A stretch of DNA of 64,000 nucleotides from Pecten maximus (Eukaryota). The DNA lies in NCBI RefSeq assembly GCF_902652985.1, contig NC_047021.1, forward strand, positions 39,990,001 through 40,054,000, written 5' to 3'. The number at the start of each line of letters is the position of its first letter. The first letter of the stretch is position 1. The notes beneath the pieces were generated by a model, which made no database searches, was not told the origin of the DNA, and saw nothing but the letters and a program-made list of their open reading frames with translations. Below, one piece after another: positions 38,780 through 50,564 of this stretch. The translations under genes were made by a program, and so were the position numbers.

Positions 38780-40970
38780 ATGGCTGCGGTCATAGACGAC
38801 TCACTTCGACAGAATCTGTGCGATATTTTCAAAATACATGAACTGAGACCACACCAAAACCGTGCAATTCAAGCTCTTAGTGAAGGAAAGGATGTGTTTA
38901 TAGGTACCAGAACAGGAAGCGGCAAGTCGCTTGCATATGAATGCTATCCACTCGTCTCCAAAGGCGCTATTGTGCTAGTCATTGCTCCGTTAGTAAACAT
39001 TATGTCAGAGCAATGCAAACGGTTGATTGACCATGGATTCAAGGCAACTTATATAGGCAAAGACCACCATGATGATGAGAGAATCGCAGAAGGGTATTAT
39101 GATTTCGTGTTTGGAAGCCCAGAATGTTTTTTAGATGACACAAAGTGGCGCAACATGCTCAAATCGAGTGTTTACCAAGAGAGACTAAAACTGATTGTTG
39201 TTGATGAGGCCCATACCGTGATACAATGGTAAGTGTTAGTATATAATATGTAGTATAATGCAAACACCTGCATACAAATTATATGGGTGTTGATAATTAT
39301 TTAATTAGTTGATATCACTGCAAACAAGTGAGCTTGCAATTGAGTCAGTATATCTAAAAGTACTAACTACAATTTAGTGTGTAACTACAAGTACTAACTA
39401 ATTAATAAGTAACAATACATGTACATGATGTACATGTGTCTCTATTATATTTCAGTAACATAATACTGCTTAATATGTAATGTTATTTTTTTGTACTGGT
39501 TAGGTAATGTATTGTTGATGAGTGAAATATCAATAATCTTATAATAAACAATAAATTATGCAACGACTTAAATGAAGGCCTATTAAAATTTTGTGGAGAA
39601 GTTTTAATTGTTTAACATATGCATTTAATTAAACAAAACTTAATTAAAAAATTGGTTAAGAAGTAACAACTTAAATTGACTGTTATTTGCAATTAAAACA
39701 AGGTGTTAACAAGACGATGTTAAACCTGAACTCTTTCACTCATTCCTGCAACGAAATTGAAATTGCAAATCATATCTAACAATTTTCATAATTTTTCAGG
39801 GGTGAGAGTTTGAAAGGAGAGGATCCGTTCAGGGTGTGTTTTTCAAGGATTGGAGAACTTCGTTCTTTATGCAAAAAAGCTAAAGTCTTAGCACTAACAG
39901 CAACTTCTGGCCCAACACAGAGGAGGAAAATCATGAGGACCCTTTGTTTCCTACCCAATAATGATGTGATTGTTGAATCGCCCGACAGAAATAACATCAA
40001 GATCACTACCATGTGTATTCCAGTTACTCATGACTTGGAAGACACTTTCCGATTCTTACTGAATGATCTTGCAAGATTAAAGGAAAATTTACCAAGGCAT
40101 GTGATCTTTTGTGAAACAATTGTAAATGTTTCAAAGGTTTATTCAATCTTTGTAAAACATTTCGGTCAGGCATGCGAAATGATAAACATGTATCATAGCA
40201 AAACAACAGAGAAAGTAAAAGAAAAAATAAGAAATGATTTGGCAGTAGATGGGAAAATTCGTATTCTGATATGCACAAATTCAGCTGGAATGGGTGTGAA
40301 CTTTTATGGTTTAAACAACATCATTCACTACGGATTGCCACGAGAGATGGACACTTTTGTTCAACAGATGGGTCGAGCTGGACGAGATGGCAATTTTGCA
40401 CATGAACTTGTTTTGTACACTGCCCACAAGAAACATTTAAGTCGCGTTGAAGATGACCTCGTGAAACTTGTGAAGGACGAGTCCCAGTGTAGACACTATT
40501 GCTTATGCCATGCCTATGCGACAAATCATGAACAAATTGAACCAAAACACAATTGTTGTGATGTGTGCCAGAAAATTTGTAAGTGTAGTGAAAGTGTTTG
40601 TCCGCGCCAACATGCAGTATTTGATCTGGAACACACTGATGGTGACAGTACATGTAGTGATGTCATGAAACGGTTGGTGTCTGATGAAGAGAGAAAGTTT
40701 TTGAGAGATAAGCTCTTTGCATTTAAGTTTTCCCTTTGTACACCTTCTCAACCAGAGCTTATTCATGGACTCACAGACAAAGTTATTGAGGATATTGTGC
40801 AAAATTGTGACATTGTATTCACATCAGCTGATATACTCAGTTCATTTGCAATATGGTCATGTGATGTAGCAGTTCAGATTTTTAATATAATTTCTGAAGT
40901 GTTTGGTGAAACAGAAATGCTGGAAATGCCTTTGACAAGTGACAGTGAGGAAGAATCGGAGGACAAATGA
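38780..40970 (+). CDS. Transposon-encoded RecQ-like SF2 (DEAH) DNA helicase, 539 aa
   Basis: Exons 38780-39228 and 39800-40970 (TG|gtaagt..ttcag|G), 1620 nt. Motifs TRTGSGKS, IAPL, VVDEAH, QWG..FR, LTAT, AGMGVN, QQMGRAGRDG, and RQC-type Zn ligands CR..HNCCDVC. Acidic C-terminus. Confidence 0.92.
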
Positions 40971-41403
40971 ATTTGTTTCTACAGAAAGATATGTGACTGA
41001 AATGAAATTTTTTTTTTGTCAATTCCATCTCAGATTTTGGAGTTTCTTAATTAAGAGGCAATTTTTTGCATCACAAGAAATATTACTGATTCTATATTTT
41101 GATATATATATATATAACAATATTAAATCAGCAAATTAAAAAAACTTGCAAGGGCTAAAAATTGCTTCCTGAGATTTTTAGCTATGATACACAGTACACA
41201 AACAATTGTATGCCAGTATGTAAATGTTAAGAAAAGTAAATATAATATTAATGTTTCATATTTGTGTCTTTATTATCTTTATAAACATATACATATCCCT
41301 AATCAGCATACACAGAAAAGTACGATGTAGACATGTTGTGTATTTTGGATCTAGAGCGAAGATCAGGTTACCAAATGCACATGCATACGTTTGTAATCAC
41401 AAA

Positions 41404-44400
41404 TCAAACAATTTCATATGACAAACGTTCCTTTCCTTTGGAAATCCAATCATGAAGTTCATTGATTCTGACACGGGAGTAAATATCAGCAAACTTTGGG
41501 AAAGCATTATACTCTCTTCCATTTATATTGTCCATCACATTTGCTGACTGAAGTTCTTTGACCATCGCAACAATGTCATTCAGTTTCGACACCTCCGGTC
41601 TCTTACTACCGGATACTTTCATATGGCATTCATGCTGTATGTTTTCCTTGATTTCATGTTGCACTTGAGTGGTAAGTGCTGCTCTTCGTGCACTTGCGTA
41701 AGTACAGTTTGCTCCTTGGTCGTGAATTTTTTTTTTAATTTTCTGTACTTGAATCTCGACGAGGTTATCGTTTGGAATATTGTGTCCTATGCCACCGTGT
41801 AAATTTGACGTACAGTTCCATTTGTACTCGTATGACATACGGGGAGAGAGCAATGCGACTATATATGCTAAGAATCGAAATAGCCACAGCTGATATTTGG
41901 TGTGCCTGCCAACATGGGAAAGGAGCAACTGAAATTTTGCATTTTCAGTTATTCTGTCACCATCTGCCATCTTGTATGCGTCGTTTGTATCCCTGAGTAA
42001 AAGAGCACACTTCATAAAAGATCCCCTGTACAGTGCAATACAGTCTTGCATAGAGGATTGTGGGTCACCTACTTCTTTTACCCAATTATGATTAGCTTGT
42101 AAATGTCGTGTCAAATGACCTGTTGTCTTGTATCTTTTTCTGCAATAACAACAATTGTATTTTTCTTCCTCCTTGTTATACATGTTTGCAATTGCATTTT
42201 TCTTGAGATCAAGTTCTGCAGACCTCTGCTGAATATTGTCCAATTCTACAAATAAATGCAAACAGTTTATTACATCATTTTTTTTATTTCAATGTAAACA
42301 AGAGGCCAAGAGAGCCTGCATCACTCACCTGGATATTTCAGTAATTACTGCTAAATGATTTAAGATATATTTAAATATTTTCCCATTTTAAATGCCTCTC
42401 CCAGCAATGGTTCAAAGTACAAATTGACTAAATCCTGTCATTCTTGAAAGTTTTGCTATAATTTCTTTTCTCACACCCCAAGAGTGTCACGTCCTTCATT
42501 TATGCAATATACAACATTGCCAAATAATCTTCAGACCAAATTTTATCAAAATCCATTTAGTTTTTGGGACGAGTAGTGTTTAAAAAGATATACTTTTTGG
42601 GCAAGGTGAGGATAAACATTGTTACCGGGTTAATAATAATATTAAAAAAAGAGGACAATAACTCTGTAAGTTAATGTCAAATGATTTCCATTTTAAAACT
42701 CATTTAGATCTTGTGGATATATTGCATACAGAATTTCATCAAACTCTGTTCACATTTCAAACTTGGTTGATATTTACTCTACTTATTGAGTTCACAAGGT
42801 AATTGTTGATAGACAGACGGATGCCGGAGGCCATTGTATGGCATAAATTCACTTGGTCCTTTGAACCAGGTGAGCTAAAAAATATTTACCAGTTTTAATT
42901 TCTTAAACAGTAATTTACACTCAATTATTGTTACAATAAATCAATATATGTTTTTAATGTATTTTTAAGATTGGCTGTATGATTAACACCAGTTATAAGT
43001 TGTTTTGGCAATATATTATCACGTTATAAACCATAGATGAAGTCTGGATCTGTGTATGTCACAAAAGTTTACATGTAACATAATCAGTATGATTGCAGCT
43101 TGCATTAAAAATGGGTGTCAATATGTACTAACTTATGACAGTACGAACTTATGAGAGACATAAAAATACTTGAGAAAATTAAACCACTTGCCATCAACAC
43201 ATTTGATATATTTATCAAGTATTTCTTCGGCAATAGTGTGGATAAACTGGTATCTCTGTTCATCTCCAAGTGCATCAAAAAGTACTTGTTTCCTTGTGGG
43301 ATCTGATTCCATTTCAGCCATGTCAAGTAAATGCATACATGCTGCAACTATATATGCATCAAGGGTGTCTTCTACAAAGGAGTAGTGTGCCCTGAAAATT
43401 CCAAAGCAGTGTATACATGTATGTGTGAAATTCATACATATACGATAAACTATTGAGTTAAAGATAGTCTTTGTAGATACCTGTAGGTTATTAGCTTAAG
43501 CCTTGTAATACAAATATATGTTTTTAAACAAAATTACCAATATGCATGTGACACTACAGTACATATTTCACCATTTTGTTGAAGCAAAGCTGTTCCTGGG
43601 ACCTCTAATTCATTTTTTGTATCAATATGTAATTACAAATGTATTGTGTAACAAATGCATTTCTACTTAATATAAATTTTTACCTGTATTTTTCAATCAC
43701 CTGATCAGGACCCTGGATATCTACGCGTCCAATGATGTTTCTCAAATTTGCTAGAGTACCCTGGTCTGTCGCTGACTTTATCTTGTAGAATCTTTGATAA
43801 ATGAACTGAATTGAAAGATAAAACAAAAAAAGATTAAATTGTAATCTATACATCTTTGTCATCAATGTGGAAAATACACAAACACATGAATACAATACAC
43901 ATTATTTGAAACTTATCAAAATACTGTATAAGTATATATTATACATTTGTATTTATTTTAATTCAAAACAGATTTAAAAGTTATAAGTTAGGACTGATGT
44001 GATAGTCAAGATTCATAAATATATTGATAAATGTGGACATTTTCACTGAGAGATAATTTTTTTGTACATCTTTTTACTGTTTCAGTTTGTTTTTAACAGT
44101 ATAAAGTTTCATGGAAAAAAAACACACACACAAAAAGAACTTCATTCTAACAAAACTGAGACCTTCCCTGTTATAAGATATATATCACTTGCAGCTTTTA
44201 AAATAACCAAAAATACATTTGTAATAAATATATATTACATACTGTATGTACCCATCCCAGTATGATTTTTGAATTTTTCATAACAGGGAAAGTGAATTTT
44301 GCAACTAATGTAATATACTACAATTCAGATTTTACAAAAGCTTAAAGAGGCTAGTACTTCTCACTCAAGTTTAAAGAACTGAAACAAAGTATAACACTTT

Positions 44401-47400
44401 ATGTGGATGTAATTAGTTAGACCCCCTTGGCTGAAAGACATTCTATAAAAGATAATAACAATCAATGTCAATTTATCTGTGAACTTTTTTAACTTAAAAT
44501 TACCACATGACTCAAATGAGCATATTAAGCCTCTTGGACCTCTTGTAAATTAAAGCCCTTTATGGCAAAAACTGCACAAATGTACAGTATTTTAACAAAT
44601 TAACTTTCTTAAATTCTATCTATTTTCTAACAAAAGTGAATAACTGAAACAATATTAGTTAACTATTATAAACTGACACTAAGTTAATTCCTAGAAAAAA
44701 TAACACATGCCTTTTCATAACAGAACAGAATCAATTGCTATGAACTCTGATACCAATAGCAGGTTCATCATCCTATGTAGGCCTTCAGGTCTGTGAATGA
44801 CACCTGCCAGTCTTTCATAATCTGTTGGACTGTTCAACATGGCTAACTGAGCTGAATAAGCTCGCTCATTGGTTAAGACATCACCACCAAATACTTTTCT
44901 TTGGATGACTGTTGGATTTTCGTCTTTGGTATGTGGCACATACTTCTCATGTACATGCTCCAATATGGAAATCATGTCCTCGGACTTATTTTCACTTTTA
45001 TCAAGTAAGTCAAGAATAGAATAATCTGACTTTTTTGACGTTTCTTTAATATGAGGGTTAGACAGCCACTTTGGAAGACAATCACTGTATTTTTTGAAAC
45101 AGACTAAGTATTTCGCCATTACCTTCATTATATGGTAAATGAAGTGTTCGTCCAATGTTTTGCATTCTGTTGTGTTTGGTACAAATTTGCTGTTTTCAAT
45201 GCCCATTATATCCGATATTGGACCACTGTCATCTAAAGTAGTGTTCAGAACTCTTTTCTCAACACCAACCAAAAGGAACCAATGCCAGCTTTGCCTCTTC
45301 CTGTCTTTGGTCATCTGTGATGGACTACGCGTTATATCGATATTGTCTCCAATAATTTCAGAACATTTAAGTTCATCTCTTAACATACCTGAGGGAGCTT
45401 CAAGTTCTTCCTTCTCCTCCATCATCAACGCCTTGGTATGGACTAACTGTCTCTCCACCAGTTCCTTCTTTGTTCTGGTCATTGCAGATGTAGACACACA
45501 CATTCCAAGTTTGTTGAGAATAGAAATGGTCTTAAATGAAAGAAAAATATAACTTCATTTCTTCAGTAACAATGTACAAGTACATATAAGTATTTTAACA
45601 TAACAGCAGTATTCAATTAGAAAACCAGTGTGAATGCAGATGAAAAAGTGATTTTAGCAAAACCAATAAAATAGCATAAATATAAATGCTATTATCAATA
45701 ATGTCTTTGTTTTAATTTTTTTTTTCTAACAAACCCTTAATATTGTACAGTTAATGTGTGGGACCTAGTGATGGTTGAAAAAGATTCCTTAAGTTGCTAA
45801 AAAAGAAGAGTCTATGGCAGCCATCTTGGATTTCAGAATTTGCCAAAAAACTTTGTGTATTCTTTTGATTTTTAGTTTGAAGTTTTTCTGTCTTTCTATT
45901 ATGATTATTTCTTTATAAATGATAAAATTAAACATTGAAAACACTGACTCTGCAAAATGATGGGCAAATATTAACTTAAGTAACATACTTCAGTCATTGG
46001 CATGGATGAGTGAAAATTACAGGTAGTACAATCTTCAGTGGCATATATGTATATATCTGCCTGAAATTATGTACGGCAACACTTAATGTACAAAAGTTCC
46101 TCATGTTTATAACAAACCTCATCAGTAGCTCCACTATGGTCCAAAATTTGGCTGATAACATGTTGAAAAGCAGTCATGTGTTTATTATGAAACTTCAATG
46201 AAATCGCAGAGACAACAGCTGTTCCAATGGCAGAGTCTTTCACAATCGTTGAGATACATTCATGAAAAAAGGGTGCCCAAATCTTGATTTCTGTATTAAG
46301 ATTTGCAAATTTGAATGTTCCTAAACTTTTGCTATCATTTCTTCTTAGCACTGACATGTTCAGGGTCGATGTTAATTTGGTTATTTCATTTCTTATCTCT
46401 TTCAAGACTCTTTTGGTAACAGCTTCCTTCAATGTAGACTCCATTATGATTTTAGCAGTTCTGTCCTTTGAATTATGCATTGCAATATTTTTGATAATTT
46501 GCTTTGACTTTCCATCCTGAACCACTTTTGCTCTTATCTTTGAGTCTTTTTTTGTTCTAAACATGACCTGAAACAAAATAAGAAATGCATATCTATGAGA
46601 TTAAAAAAGTGTGGCAGAATGTTCCATGTACAAAACAATACCCATGTATGTATTGTATGGTAACAAAATTTGAAATATAGATATAATGATTATAAATCTA
46701 TTTCATCTAATTAAATTTACATGTGTATATACATGTGCATGACTGTTTATACATGCACACATGTATTTTCATGCTCAATATGTATATACATGTATGTGCA
46801 TGACTACTGTACATATATGTATACATGACTGTATATACATATATGTATTCATGACTGTATATACATATTATTCATGACTGCAGAGACATATATACAGAGT
46901 ATACATACATATATGTCTATAATGAATGTATATACATGTACATATGAGTACACATTTACATATTGTACATCACTGTGTATCCTTGACTGTATAAACGTGT
47001 GCATGGCCGTGAATATGTACATGCATTTTATATTTGTACCGTTTAAATAGTAGATTTTAATAGTAAATTTACGCAGTGAACCAAAAATGTTCAATCCTCA
47101 AGTTTTTGACAGATTAGAATAATACATCTGACTATTAATATTAGTTATCTACTTTACCTTCACTTTGTTTGGAGAAAATGATGTCTTTAACTTCACTCTT
47201 GACTCAGGCATATTGTCTGCTATTGCCGTCGAACCCGATGCATGGACCATGACCATTTGCTTGGGAGTATCACTAGTACTTATGGAAGTCATGTCAGGTG
47301 TCGTGCGTGTCTTAGTAGGGGTCTTAAACAACGCTTTTTTTGTTTTTCTTGGTGTTGGCGAATGTAACATAACTCGTTTTTTGTGACTGCGTACTGGTGT

Positions 47401-47709
47401 TACAGGTGGTTTTTGTATTTGCCTGGCATTTTTAAGTTTTTCCTTCAAAGCCGAGATGATAGTTATTTTTTCCGATCTCAAAGCATCCAGCTTGTGCATT
47501 AGATCGTAATCGATTTTGTGCAGTTTATTCAACTTATTGAAGCAAAACCCGCATACAAATCTCGATAAACCGTCGTTTGGTTTAGCGACATAGCTTAGTA
47601 CCTGTGACAGCTGGTCAAAAACCCCAAATGTATCGCCAAATACCGTCCGTCTTTGCTTTTTAGTCAATATTTCCCCACAAACGCGACAGTCGTCGATGGG
47701 TGCAGCCAT
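41404..47709 (-). CDS. Academ-type transposase (DUF6589-like core) with an N-terminal C2C2 Zn domain and an internal C2H2 finger, 980 aa
   Basis: Exons 47709-47158, 46567-46118, 45530-44754, 43805-43684, 43391-43192 (GC donor), 42245-41404; 2943 nt, open throughout. Motifs CRVC..CGFC, LNKLGMCVS, IIGDNID, GGDVLT, PEGLH, CCYC..H..H, NIPNDNLVE. Confidence 0.85.
42297..42881 (-). mobile_element. HINE/Helentron-like element nested in transposase intron 5
   Basis: aacaagaggcc..gcc..ctcacctgg at one end; gacagacgg microsatellite remnant and hairpin tcacttggt..accaggtgagctaaaaa at the other. A related end occurs at 37321. Confidence 0.7.
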
Positions 47710-47791
47710 GTTTGTTATGATTTTTGGCCTGTGCTGTATTCCGCGTTACGATTGGTGCACGCAAAATGCTGTGCATCCAATCAAAACGTGC

Positions 47792-47874
47792 AGCGGGAGG
47801 CGTCAAATATGAAATGAACGAAGCCAAGGGTGAAATGGAGCTTAGCGTAGAGTAACCCTTGGTTAGCGAAGATG
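47792..47874 (-). repeat. Right terminal inverted repeat (83 bp)
   Basis: Exact reverse complement of 38602-38684. Confidence 0.95.
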
Positions 47875-48470
47875 ACAGTAAGGGGCAGACGCTGCAAGTC
47901 ATGTGAAAATGACACACATCTGTCACAAAAGCGCTTGCATCGTAGAAGCAGCGATGCAAACTTTTCCAAGATGCAGATATCACTTATTTCGGATGTTTCT
48001 AGATTTATCCAATCCTTAATGCTTTTGTTTCGACAGTTGCGCGGGAATAAGCACGGACTAAACCCGTGGCAAGAGGTAAGAACTCATGCAGCTAAATTTT
48101 ACTTTGAGGGACCGACAATCTTATCATTATTTAACGCAATTTACTTTAATTACTGTAAAGAGTTATACAAATTCTGAGGAATGTTTATAGGCGAATATTT
48201 CATTTTAGCCATTTTCTAAACAAACTTTTCATTTTATTCTTTTTTTTTTAAATTATTTATAACTAATATTAATGATTTTACAAATAACAGTGTATTGACT
48301 TTTGAAAATTCTCACATATAGAATCTAGACCTATAATATATTACAGAAGCCAAACTGTGACGTTTTTTTTGGTTGGGGGGGGGGGGGGGGGTGTAATTAT
48401 GTACCATTGGTAACTTCGTCTAGCTGATTCAGAAAATAAATACCATGTTGAATACATTCAAGCTCTTCAA

Positions 48471-48894
48471 CAGGTAGGGAGAAACTGCCAACTTGCGTAT
48501 TATACGCCAATTGAGGTACAGTATGATTTTGTTACTAAAAGTAGCCAAAATCACTCTAAATTTAAAAAAATTTATCTAAGTCACATTTATTTAGTCATAA
48601 CACATCATGGTCATCATACATATGCAAAAAAAGGATTCATTGCAAAGTACCAAAAATTAATGCAATACTTCCAGTAGTGTAACACAAAATTTCAAGGTAT
48701 ACAACACTTTCAGTTAACATATTTTAGTAAATTAATACTTACTTTGTCATAAATTAAATCCTCATTAAATAATATATTTCAAAATTTACTGTTTAATCAA
48801 TTTTGGTTATTCTTATTAACTAATTCATACACGAACTGGCGTATACTATGCAAATTTGTGTATTATACGCAAGATGGCAGTTTTCCCGAACCTG
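48471..48894. mobile_element. MITE with imperfect TIRs of about 35 bp (hAT-like CAGG termini)
   Basis: caggtagggagaaactgccaacttgcgtattatac ... gtattatacgcaagatggcagttttcccgaacctg. No TSD evident. Confidence 0.55.
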
Positions 48895-49417
48895 TTCAGA
48901 GCTTATGTTACATGTAAAACTTTTAAAAACAGATTGTTCTGTATCTGTATACCTTTTTTCAGGGATAATTTTGTAATGTGAGAGTGTCTTGCGTTTCTGA
49001 TACTGCCTCAAAAACGTGGGGGATTTCCTAAACTGTACTCCAGTCCATGCTTTACATGAATGCACAGGGGTATATGGTCCACAATGAAATGTTTCTGGCA
49101 ATGAAAGGTCTGACCCCCACGATAACTTATTTGGGATTCGGGGAATTTTTGTGCGTTCAGGAGGTATTAACGTTTCAAATACTGCTCTGAAGCTTTTTCT
49201 CCCAAAGACACCATATTGAAAACTAGAATTTCGCATTTGTTTCTCAAGAGCAAACCAGTTTTAGTTTACAAACCGTTTTGAAAACCAGGTTTAAACCATA
49301 CACCCAAACCTAAACCAGTTTATTTGCAACAAATTTGCCCTAAGTGCTGTGCAAGCACATCCACCTTTTGCAGCTCAGTGTGGACCAATTCATTCGGATC
49401 CTAATTTAAACACTACA

Positions 49418-49930
49418 TTTTTACCTCACCTGAGGCTGACCTATTCTGATCGACTTCGTTGTCGCCCTTCGTCCATTCATAAACAGTTTACATTTTCGAC
49501 TTCTCAATAAGCAAGAGGCCTAGAGACCCGACATGGGCATTATATAGCATGCTTTGGTGAAGGGCTATCAAGATTGTTCAAATTAATGACCTTGACCTTT
49601 ATTCAAGGTCACAGGTCAAATATGCTAAAATCTTTAAATAATTAACTTCTCATTAAGCAAGAGGGCCAGAGACCTGATATTTGTCCTATTGCATGCTTGG
49701 GTGATGGGCTATCAAGATTGTGCAAATAAATGACCTTGACCTTCATTCAAAGTCACAGGGGTCAAATAGGCTAAAATCTTTAAATATCTATCTTTTCACT
49801 AAGCAAGGGCCCAGAGATCTGATATTGGGCCTTAGGTTGGGTGAATGACACTGACTCAAATTCAATGGAATGAAATCTGCCAATATATATAAAAACTCAG
49901 GGGACCGTTAAGGCCCATGGGCCTCTTGTT
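49418..49930 (+). mobile_element. HINE/Helentron-like element with short internal repeats
   Basis: Starts tttttacctcacctgag, contains repeated aatgaccttgacctt..tcaaggtcac units, and ends aggcccatgggcctcttgtt (palindrome plus T). Confidence 0.65.
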
Positions 49931-50124
49931 TATTAATATGACGAAGTTAACCTGGCATTGATGGTAAAAAAAGAAATTCTACACGATCAACATCAGCAAT
50001 GATCTAGGAATGCACAATTTATTCAGAAACTAAAACCGTCTTCCTATTTCCTGTCATTTATACTACTTTCTTTTCTCCTTCATCACATAGGATACACCTA
50101 GGCCTTGGCACTTTGACAATTGAA

Positions 50125-50352
50125 TTTCTAAAGACAAGTTCCTGCCCTTGTCAATTATAAGTGATGTTGTGGAGGGGTTGGGGTGTCACATGTGAGGGTT
50201 AAATTATTTCTTTCTTGGTCATAGAACATTTCATTGAATTTCTTATGACAATTAATGTTCCTGCCCTTGTCAATTATAAGTGATCTTGTGGAGGGGTTGG
50301 GGTGTCACATATGTGAGGGTTAAATTATTTCTTTCTTTGTCATAGAACATTT
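50125..50352. repeat. About 120-bp direct duplication
   Basis: gttcctgcccttgtcaattataagtgat...catagaacatttca occurs twice. Confidence 0.8.
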
Positions 50353-50564
50353 CAAGCCCCTGTGTATGAAATGTGCACATGCATTAGCTGTATATTATTT
50401 GGTGGGAAGTTATGAATGCTATTTGAAACCATAAGATTAAATTTTATTAAGAGATTATTTGGTGTCCTTAAGACACTGAGGGGTAGATCTGAAGACAGAA
50501 AAATATTTTTATAAGGACACAGACTGCTTTAAATTTTGTAACTTTTGAAATTATGCAGTCACCT

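Larger units (their letters stand above)
38602..47874. mobile_element. Autonomous-looking DNA transposon, AcademH-type (transposase plus RecQ-like helicase), 9273 bp
   Basis: Identical 83-bp TIRs at 38602-38684 and 47792-47874 (CATCTTCG...CGAAGATG). 8-bp TSD ACAGTAAG at 38594-38601 and 47875-47882. Two intact, convergent, spliced genes lie inside. Confidence 0.9.

Noticed and set aside
38780-40970. Host RecQ/BLM/WRN orthologue
   Set aside because: It lies inside TIRs and a TSD, paired with a transposase. It is compact, with no HRDC or exonuclease regions, so no host gene symbol was assigned.
38602-47874. Kolobok(H), Helitron or Zisupton classification
   Set aside because: There is no TTAA TSD (Kolobok) and no HUH-Rep or PIF1 SF1 helicase (Helitron). 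The 8-bp TSD fits Zisupton, but the RecQ-like partner and the DN.D / GD.LT motifs fit AcademH better.
48743-48750. ATGACAAA|gtaagt as the first coding exon of the membrane gene
   Set aside because: Wrong phase for the 37865 acceptor and located inside a MITE. Exon 38563-38453 fits in phase.
48820-49236. 138-aa minus-strand ORF
   Set aside because: No recognisable motif, it overlaps a MITE end, and no splice partners were found.
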